Shown: one piece after another, positions 9,072 to 14,910 of the stretch
Layout of the letters: every line of letters starts with the position of its first letter
How positions within the stretch are numbered: position 1 is the first letter of the stretch
DNA from: Candidatus Heimdallarchaeota archaeon
Lineage (GTDB): Archaea > Asgardarchaeota > Heimdallarchaeia > Heimdallarchaeales > Heimdallarchaeaceae
Direction of reading: 5' to 3'
Assembly: GCA_016840095.1 (NCBI GenBank)
Contig: JAEOSZ010000025.1
Span: forward strand, 1-14,910
Length of the DNA: 14,910 nt
Position numbers and translations under genes: made by a program
Notes under the pieces: generated by a model
Seen by the model: the letters and a program-made list of their open reading frames with translations, nothing else
What the model was told of the DNA's origin: nothing
The model's database searches: none

Positions 9072-11078
9072 ATGCTAGCTAAAGACCTAGATAATGCCTG
9101 GAAAACTTTTCTTACAAGTCTACAGGAGAGAGATGTTCGACTTCAAGAATGCTATTCCATAATTATCAAACTCTGGGTTTTAGTTAAGAATGTTAATTTT
9201 AGAATCCAAACCTTAAGCCAAGTGACTTTTTTACAGGAAATCTATCTAAAACACCAGTTTCACTTAGCAGATTCTGTTCCATTTTTTGAATATTATAAGG
9301 TTTCCAATGTTTTACTTGAGAGAGAACATGTAGAAAATTTATGTCAGTTTTTAGCAAATATGGATATTGAAAATCTTCTTTCTTTAGTTAAAGGTTTAGA
9401 ATCAAGAAAAGCAATAGGTCAGTACTTTACTAGTGAAGAACTCATTAATCAAATCTATAGAAAGGTGAAATCTAATTCAGAGTCACAGAAGTTTTCAACT
9501 GTAGTTGATTTCTCTGCAGGAGTAGGATATTTTCTGAAACCATTTCTTGGAAATAATCATACTACATATGGTGTAGAGCTTGATCCACTTGTTTATGAAC
9601 TAATGTTATTTAGCTTTCTTTTTCAAAAAGAACTCTCAGAAAAAGCTAAAGCTAAACTTATTCTAACAATAAAGCAAGGAGATTCATTAACAGGATTTAG
9701 AGAGAAAGATGTTGATTTACTTTACTCAAAATCAACTGTGAGAAACAAGTTTATTGAACTTATCTCTGTTCGAGCAAAGATTCTTTCTTCAGATATAGAT
9801 ATCAACAATCGAGAGTTGATTGAGTTTATTAAGTTAAGAGATTTTTTTAGAGAAAAATTCCTTAGATTTCAAGAATTCAATTGGTTTATTGATTTTCCTG
9901 AGTTATTCTTTGATAGTGACGGTAATTTACTAAATGAGTATGGAGTTGATTTAGTAGTTGGTAATCCTCCATGGATATACTACAAAGAAGTGGAGAAAGA
10001 ACAATACAAGAAAACGAATCTTGATCCAAAAATATCAGCACACTTACATGGAAAATATAACTTCTCACTCCCATTTGTCATAATGGCTAACATCATTTCA
10101 AAAGGAAAAGGATGTCTAGTCGTTCCTCAAGGATTAATAACAGAGACATATGCGAATAGGTGGAGAGAGAATGTTTATGGTAGAAGAGTAATTTCGGACA
10201 TCATTCTTTGTAGAAAAGATTGGTTTAAAGAAGTAGTAAATGAATTTTGCGTTATTTTCTGGGATCAGCAAAACAAATTCTCAGATATTAAACTATGGAA
10301 TGAATCAGAAGATTCAGGTTTAAGAATAAACTATGATTCAATAAATCAAGAACTTAACTTACTTAGAATATTGCCTAAGGACATTCTAGAATTTCTTAAA
10401 AAAATCAAACAAACATCTCCTAGTTTTTCAAATTTTGTTTCAATTAGACGAGGTTTAACTCTTACCAGAAAATACCAACTTTACTATGAAAATGTAAAAA
10501 ATATGAAAAAATATACCACATTAAAGAAGCTAATTCGAAGTAACTCATTTAGCACAAATAAAAGAAATGGTGTGTTTAACTTTCAACTCTATTATTCGGG
10601 AGAAAACTTTGTTTATGATAAGAATCTACTTGGTGCTCCTGGAACAGAAAGTTTCTTTGAGCAACCAAAAATCATTCGTCGAAATAGAGGTAACTTATGG
10701 TTTGTTGGTTTAGATTTGGATGGAAAATACTATGTAAATGATATTTTTGATATCATTTTTCCTAAACATAACCAGTATTCTGTTAAATTCATTTATGGGT
10801 ACCTCTGTTCATCAACAATCCAGTTGTTAGCCGAGAGCTTATTAGTAAGAGACATTACTTCAAATGTTGTCAGAGATTTCCCTTTTCCTTCAATGAATTA
10901 CAAACAGTGTACTGAAATCGAGGAAAGTGTTGATTTATGGTTAAAATCTCAGAAAACAGAAGATGATTTCCTCAAAATGAGAAGAAAGATAAACAATTCG
11001 ATTTATGATTTCTGGCAATTTCCTGATGAAATAAAGACATTTATTGAAGATTATATTGATCTAAACTGGAGAGAGTAG
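9072..11078 (+). CDS. Amino (probably N6-adenine) DNA methyltransferase, gamma class, Eco57I/TaqI-like, with C-terminal target-recognition region
   Basis: Motif X GQYFT, motif I VVDFSAGVGYF, motif II YGVELDP, GDSL, FNWFIDFPELF, motif IV DLVVGNPPW, and TaqI_C-like FEQPKIIRR and YGYLCSS. ATG 9072 follows GGAG at 9063-9066 and is preferred over TTG 9033. Confidence 0.88.
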   Translation: MLAKDLDNAWKTFLTSLQERDVRLQECYSIIIKLWVLVKNVNFRIQTLSQVTFLQEIYLKHQFHLADSVPFFEYYKVSNVLLEREHVENLCQFLANMDIENLLSLVKGLESRKAIGQYFTSEELINQIYRKVKSNSESQKFSTVVDFSAGVGYFLKPFLGNNHTTYGVELDPLVYELMLFSFLFQKELSEKAKAKLILTIKQGDSLTGFREKDVDLLYSKSTVRNKFIELISVRAKILSSDIDINNRELIEFIKLRDFFREKFLRFQEFNWFIDFPELFFDSDGNLLNEYGVDLVVGNPPWIYYKEVEKEQYKKTNLDPKISAHLHGKYNFSLPFVIMANIISKGKGCLVVPQGLITETYANRWRENVYGRRVISDIILCRKDWFKEVVNEFCVIFWDQQNKFSDIKLWNESEDSGLRINYDSINQELNLLRILPKDILEFLKKIKQTSPSFSNFVSIRRGLTLTRKYQLYYENVKNMKKYTTLKKLIRSNSFSTNKRNGVFNFQLYYSGENFVYDKNLLGAPGTESFFEQPKIIRRNRGNLWFVGLDLDGKYYVNDIFDIIFPKHNQYSVKFIYGYLCSSTIQLLAESLLVRDITSNVVRDFPFPSMNYKQCTEIEESVDLWLKSQKTEDDFLKMRRKINNSIYDFWQFPDEIKTFIEDYIDLNWRE

Positions 11079-11091
11079 AATGATTATTGGT

Positions 11092-11099
11092 TTTTATAC
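11092..11099 (+). promoter_or_regulatory. Candidate TATA box for the uDENN-like gene
   Basis: TTTTATAC 23-30 nt upstream of ATG 11122. Confidence 0.45.
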
Positions 11100-11121
11100 T
11101 ATTTTCACTATACTATGGTAG

Positions 11122-11637
11122 ATGAGCTTCTCATATTCTGAATTAAATGAAGTTATTACACTTGAATCAGAAAGTAAATTTGATGAAGTTCTTGTTGACC
11201 TAAGTTTAGTTTGTTCCATTTTTGATGAAGAAATTGGCCCAGTAGTTATTTACAATGATTCACACCTTGATGAAGAAATATTAGAGAATCTTAACCTCAA
11301 GGTTTTCAGCTTTGTCATGCAAGGAAGTGAATTCGGACCAGATAATTTTGCTAAAATGAGAGGGATAGTTCAGATTCCACACTCAGATTATTACACTTCA
11401 GCTATTGATATATTGATCCGAAAGGAAGATGAGAACAAATATTATGACACTTTTGTACCTCTCGTCATATTTCTAATTTTTCCTAAGAAGCATCTGGGTG
11501 ATTATGCAAAGATAGCAATCAGTCTTGAGGATTTTATTAGTAAGAAATTTGGAGATGGAATGGGTCAAATACCTGCTCTAAAGACACTAGAAGAGCTTAT
11601 CAAACAACTCTACTCTAGAATTCGAGAATCTAGCTGA
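11122..11637 (+). CDS. Stand-alone uDENN/longin-like domain protein
   Basis: SLVCSIFDEEIGPVVIY has the hydrophobic strand plus FDxxxGP hairpin typical of uDENN longin domains (Npr2, Avl9 type). It is followed by a helix, three strands (GIVQI, YYTSAIDILI, LVIFLIF) and C-terminal helices. Confidence 0.65.
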   Translation: MSFSYSELNEVITLESESKFDEVLVDLSLVCSIFDEEIGPVVIYNDSHLDEEILENLNLKVFSFVMQGSEFGPDNFAKMRGIVQIPHSDYYTSAIDILIRKEDENKYYDTFVPLVIFLIFPKKHLGDYAKIAISLEDFISKKFGDGMGQIPALKTLEELIKQLYSRIRESS

Positions 11638-11671
11638 GTTTATATACTCTCTAAAAGTGGGCAAAAAATCA

Positions 11672-12045
11672 TTTTTGTCGGAGAAAGAAGGCTTTCTAAC
11701 AAAATGCTCAGGTCAACATGTATGTTTTAATCATTAAATGTATTACATTAACTAAGAATAAAGCTTTGATTAAACGTCTTCTTCATCTATTAATCATAGT
11801 TTGTGATATTGCACCTTCTCTTTTAATTTGATGTTTTCAGAGAAGTTTCCTTCATAATATTCCTTAGATAAGAATTCCTCTAATGCATCCCTGACAAGTT
11901 CAGACCTCGAATCGTAATTCCCCATTGACATCATGTCATTCATCCATTTAATCATGCTATCAGTTACTTTGAAAGTAATTAATCTCTTCTTCATTTGTTG
12001 ACCAAGCTATATGCTTCACACATTACATATAACTTTTTTGTCGGA
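11672..12045. repeat. 11-bp direct repeat TTTTTGTCGGA flanking the RHH gene
   Basis: Copies at 11672-11682 and 12035-12045. Confidence 0.55.
11794..11994 (-). CDS. Ribbon-helix-helix (CopG/MetJ/Arc) transcription regulator, CdrS/aCcr1-like
   Basis: RLITFKV beta-ribbon, a helix, then GNYDSRSELVRDALEEFL (G-x-Y-x-S-R-S-E-x-x-R-x-A signature of archaeal RHH proteins). Confidence 0.88.
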   Translation of the reverse strand: MKKRLITFKVTDSMIKWMNDMMSMGNYDSRSELVRDALEEFLSKEYYEGNFSENIKLKEKVQYHKL

Positions 12046-12053
12046 TGTAATAC
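12022..12053 (-). promoter_or_regulatory. BRE-TATA of the RHH gene enclosed by an inverted repeat (candidate autoregulatory operator)
   Basis: Minus strand CAAAAAAG-TTATAT at 12040-12027. Plus strand ATTACAT (12022-12028) and ATGTAAT (12045-12051) are reverse complements. GTAATAC at 12047-12053. Confidence 0.5.
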
Positions 12054-12152
12054 CCAAATGTTACACCGGTACAATAGTTGTCAAAATAAACTAAGATTTT
12101 CTTTAAGTAAAAGGTACTTTTTTTGAAGAAATAGAAGAAAATTTGTCCAATT

Positions 12153-13271
12153 TCACTCAGTATCTATACCAAATTCCGAAATTTCATCAAGCTCATCAGC
12201 TTCTTTCTTCCAAGCAGAATATTTCTTCATTATTCCTTCGATATCTCCTGAAATTGACCTAGCTAATTCTGCTCCTCCAGCTTTTTCAGCATCAAGCTCA
12301 TCAGCTTTCTTTATTTCTAAAATTGGTCCACCTTTGAGTTCTTCTCTAGCATCCTTTTCTTCTTCGATTCTATCTAACCAGCTTCGATATTTATCGATCT
12401 CTTCCTCTTCTTTTCTTTGATCTTTAATCATCAGAAAGATTTCTGAACGTATTGGTTTTGAGACATCCCATGTCATTTGCCAAATAAGATCACTTTGATA
12501 CTTAGAGAATTTTTTACCCATTTTCTTTTCTATGAAAGAAACAAATTTCCAGAATTTTTCTCCTAAGATACTTGATATCTTTTTCTCGACGGTCTTTTCA
12601 TCTGACTCAATACTTAGAACTGTCTGTATCCCTTCTAATTGTTCGTAAACATATTTTCTGATATATGGCCACAAAGTTGGAAACTCTAGTAACTCCTCTC
12701 TCTCCTGTATTTGCTCTACTTCTGGAGTTGTTTCTATATGTCTCTCTTTTTTCTCCCTCACAGATTTCATCATATCATCAATATCGGTATAGCCGTTATT
12801 TCTTGCAATCATTTTAAGAGCAGAATCTATAGAGTAGAGTAAAGCTGCAGGATGTTCAAGTTTAGATTCATGCATCAAGTCTTCAACAGCTAACTCTGAG
12901 CCAATTGCACCAAGAGATAGTGCTGCCCTGCTTTTTACACTTATTTTTGGATCTTTCCTAAGTGAAATTAAGAGAGCAGATATAGCCTGTGGTGAAGAAA
13001 ATTTTCCTAAAGATCGAGAAGAAGCTAACCTGATCCTTTCCTCGTTATCCATTAAACAATAAAGTAACGTTTCTATCGCTCTGTGGTCTGCAATCTCAGA
13101 TAAAGCAATGATGGCATAAGTTCTGTTTTCAATTGTATCTTGATTTATGACTTTGATTAAGGCTTCAACAGCTCTTTCGTCTCTTAGCTCCCCAAGAGCT
13201 AAAATTGCTTCTTCCCTTTTATCTGCTTCATCGTGATTAAGCTGCTTAATTAGCTTATTTAGGCTGACCAT
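12153..13271 (-). CDS. PBS-lyase-type HEAT-repeat protein with uncharacterised charged C-terminal region
   Basis: About five repeats of R-x-x-A-x-x-x-LG...A-V-x-x-L in the first ~155 aa (REEAILALGELRDERAVEAL; RLASSRSLGKF; KSRAALSLGAIGSELAVEDL). Confidence 0.85.
   Translation of the reverse strand: MVSLNKLIKQLNHDEADKREEAILALGELRDERAVEALIKVINQDTIENRTYAIIALSEIADHRAIETLLYCLMDNEERIRLASSRSLGKFSSPQAISALLISLRKDPKISVKSRAALSLGAIGSELAVEDLMHESKLEHPAALLYSIDSALKMIARNNGYTDIDDMMKSVREKKERHIETTPEVEQIQEREELLEFPTLWPYIRKYVYEQLEGIQTVLSIESDEKTVEKKISSILGEKFWKFVSFIEKKMGKKFSKYQSDLIWQMTWDVSKPIRSEIFLMIKDQRKEEEEIDKYRSWLDRIEEEKDAREELKGGPILEIKKADELDAEKAGGAELARSISGDIEGIMKKYSAWKKEADELDEISEFGIDTE
12185..12307. repeat. 18-bp exact direct repeat CATCAAGCTCATCAGCTT inside the 3' end of the HEAT gene
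   Basis: Copies at 12185-12202 and 12290-12307, 105 bp (35 codons) apart. They encode ADELD twice (KKADELDA, KKEADELDE). Confidence 0.8.
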
Positions 13272-13293
13272 GTTAATAATACGAGAAACTAAA

Positions 13294-13310
13294 AATATAA
13301 AGGTTTTTCG
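13294..13310 (-). promoter_or_regulatory. Archaeal BRE-TATA promoter for the HEAT-repeat gene
   Basis: Minus strand reads CGAAAAACC-TTTATATT. The TATA element lies 23-30 nt upstream of ATG 13271, implying a leaderless or near-leaderless mRNA. Confidence 0.7.
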
Positions 13311-13336
13311 ACGCTTTTACTAGTTCTTCGAAAGTT

Positions 13337-14293
13337 TCAGAGTTTTTTTCTAAAGCTGTAATCCTCTTTTGCGATTAGAGTTACAGCTGAATCCTCTTTA
13401 GAGTCAATAATTTTCAAATCCGTTTCTTCAATTATCTGTTCTGAGAACTCTTTAATTTTCTCATACCTCGGCATAATCTCGTAGGATAGTCTTTTACGTG
13501 CGTCCCCTACTGACATGAATCCTTTAGGTTCTAAGAAATGTGCATCTGATTTAAAGAACCATTCTCTGTATTTTTCTGGCTCAGTCATATTGTAACCAGG
13601 AACAAGTGTTAATCTTAAAACTTTTCGAGTTTTTAGTGATGGTAATAAATCTATAGTATCCATGATCCTTTCCCATGCATCCTTAGAAGAAGGTCTAGCA
13701 GTCTTTTCAAATGCTTCTTTAGTTGGAGCAATCATTGTTAGATACAATTGAGTTGGTAAAGGGTATAGTTTTTCCAGAACTTCAGGATTGGTACCATTGG
13801 TTACTAAGAATGTAGTCATTTTTCTGGAGTGGAATTCCTCAATGAGTGCACCAAGTTTGGGATAAAAAGTTGGTTCTCCACTAAGAGAGATTGCTGCATG
13901 TTTTGGATTAAAAGCTTCTTCGTATTTCTCCATTGGTACCTTGGAGTGATGCTTGTAACCAGCTATTAGTTTTCGTTGTTGATAGATCATCTCATCTACA
14001 ATTGTTTTAGGATCATCTACTTGACAATCCATTGTTCCTTTGTTGTACCATGAAGCACTTCTCCAACAAAAAATACATTTTAGATTACACCAGATTGTTG
14101 ATGGTGTGCATTGAAGACATTGGTGAGAATTAATACCATAAAACTGACTTTTATAACAAACTCCTTCTCCCTTCAATGAATGTTTTAACCATGTACAAGT
14201 TTTCACAGCTGAATGATTTCCTGCGATTCTATATTGTTGTTTCTCAAGCTTCTCTTTTACTTTGCTTGGAATAGAACATGGTTCTTTAGACAT
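13337..14293 (-). CDS. taw1: tRNA 4-demethylwyosine (imG-14) synthase Taw1/TYW1, radical SAM
   Basis: GNHSAVKTCTW, CYKSQFYGINSHQC, radical-SAM CNLKCIFCWR, HAAISLSGEPTFYP, TTFLVTNGT, PTQLY and EPKGFMSVG. It lacks the N-terminal flavodoxin domain, as in the archaeal form. Confidence 0.96.
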   Translation of the reverse strand: MSKEPCSIPSKVKEKLEKQQYRIAGNHSAVKTCTWLKHSLKGEGVCYKSQFYGINSHQCLQCTPSTIWCNLKCIFCWRSASWYNKGTMDCQVDDPKTIVDEMIYQQRKLIAGYKHHSKVPMEKYEEAFNPKHAAISLSGEPTFYPKLGALIEEFHSRKMTTFLVTNGTNPEVLEKLYPLPTQLYLTMIAPTKEAFEKTARPSSKDAWERIMDTIDLLPSLKTRKVLRLTLVPGYNMTEPEKYREWFFKSDAHFLEPKGFMSVGDARKRLSYEIMPRYEKIKEFSEQIIEETDLKIIDSKEDSAVTLIAKEDYSFRKKL

Positions 14294-14346
14294 TAATCCT
14301 TCAAAAGCTGTGTTCTATTTCAATATATCGAAAATTAAGAAATTGG

Positions 14347-14370
14347 AAAAACAAACAAAAAAGAAAGAGA
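14347..14370 (-). terminator. Oligo-U-type archaeal terminator after the SpoIIAA-like gene
   Basis: Minus strand reads TCTCTTTCTTTTTTGTTTGTTTTT immediately after the stop codon. Confidence 0.5.
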
Positions 14371-14787
14371 TTATTCTCTCTCTTTCAATAACGTTTCATA
14401 AGTTATCTCATCTAAGAAACCAAATCTACTCTGATCACTTAACCAAGACTGAGCTTGAAATTCATTGTCATAAGTTTTAGTTTTATCTTTGATTTCTTTG
14501 TTCTTGATTTTCTTCTTCTTCTTGAACAGAAAGGCTACGTTTGCAACAATCTTTCCTTTTGCTGCTAAGTTATCAGCAACTCTGTTTGCAACTTCTTCTG
14601 CATCATTAGGATCATATGATGTAACATCAATCAGATAAAATAATGGTTTCTTGGCATTGTCTATTTGTTCTGTTAGACACCTGTCTAACTCTTTTTCCAT
14701 CTTAGTATCAAAACTTCCCTCAAATCCCATACGAACAATAACCTGGGAAACATATCTCACGTGAATAGTCATATTATCACTTCTCAT
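14371..14787 (-). CDS. SpoIIAA-like (STAS/SEC14) domain protein
   Basis: Pattern IVRMGFEGSFD, helix, FYLIDVTS, helix, VAFLF, then TYDNEFQAQSWL, matching the C-terminal 'F/Y-x-x-x-x-x-A-x-x-W-L' end of SpoIIAA-like proteins. Confidence 0.6.
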   Translation of the reverse strand: MRSDNMTIHVRYVSQVIVRMGFEGSFDTKMEKELDRCLTEQIDNAKKPLFYLIDVTSYDPNDAEEVANRVADNLAAKGKIVANVAFLFKKKKKIKNKEIKDKTKTYDNEFQAQSWLSDQSRFGFLDEITYETLLKERE

Positions 14788-14812
14788 CTACTATTACCTA
14801 ACTTTATTGAAA

Positions 14813-14820
14813 TATTTAAA
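14813..14820 (-). promoter_or_regulatory. Candidate TATA box for the SpoIIAA-like gene
   Basis: Minus strand TTTAAATA 26-33 nt upstream of ATG 14787. Confidence 0.45.
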
Positions 14821-14910
14821 AAAGATTTGTTCTCACCATTTATCTGCCTTACTTCGTTTAATCATGTTTCCAAGCTATACTTAATAAATGCATTCAACTT
14901 TTACTTGATA

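Noticed and set aside
9886-10074. 62-aa minus-strand ORF
   Set aside because: Antisense to the catalytic region of the methyltransferase, with no recognisable motif.
9033-11078. Complete restriction-modification or BREX system, or mobile element
   Set aside because: No restriction, helicase, integrase or transposase gene, and no terminal repeats were noticed around the MTase.
11704-11730. Micro-ORF MLRSTCMF
   Set aside because: Eight codons with no supporting evidence; expected by chance.
11794-11994. RHH as antitoxin of a toxin-antitoxin pair, or as NikR
   Set aside because: No adjacent PIN/RelE-type toxin gene and no C-terminal nickel-binding domain.
14262-14480. 72-aa plus-strand ORF
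   Set aside because: Overlaps taw1 and the SpoIIAA-like gene on the opposite strand. Its Lys run comes from the complement of the terminator T-tract.
1-14910. tRNA, rRNA or CRISPR array
   Set aside because: Intergenic gaps are short and AT-rich, with no GC-rich cloverleaf or regularly spaced repeats seen by eye.

Overview
AT-rich archaeal chromosomal segment, most consistent with an Asgard archaeon (inference). The basis is an archaeal-type flavodoxin-less Taw1/TYW1, BRE/TATA-like promoters about 20-35 nt upstream of start codons, and four separately encoded longin-like domains. In order, the window holds: the 3' part of a membrane protein ending in a DUF47/PhoU-like domain (frame open to the window edge); a secreted, C-terminally anchored metzincin; three tandem paralogous ~680-aa TPR-solenoid proteins with C-terminal longin-like domains; a divergent orphan N6-adenine DNA methyltransferase; a stand-alone uDENN/longin-like protein; a CdrS/aCcr1-like ribbon-helix-helix regulator with candidate operators; a HEAT-repeat protein; taw1; and a SpoIIAA-like (STAS/SEC14) protein. 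The best candidate for an undescribed system is the TPR-longin triad together with the nearby uDENN-like and HEAT proteins, which resemble parts of eukaryotic GEF/tether/adaptor complexes. No rRNA, tRNA, CRISPR array or transposase was recognised. All domain calls are by eye from motifs; no database search was run.
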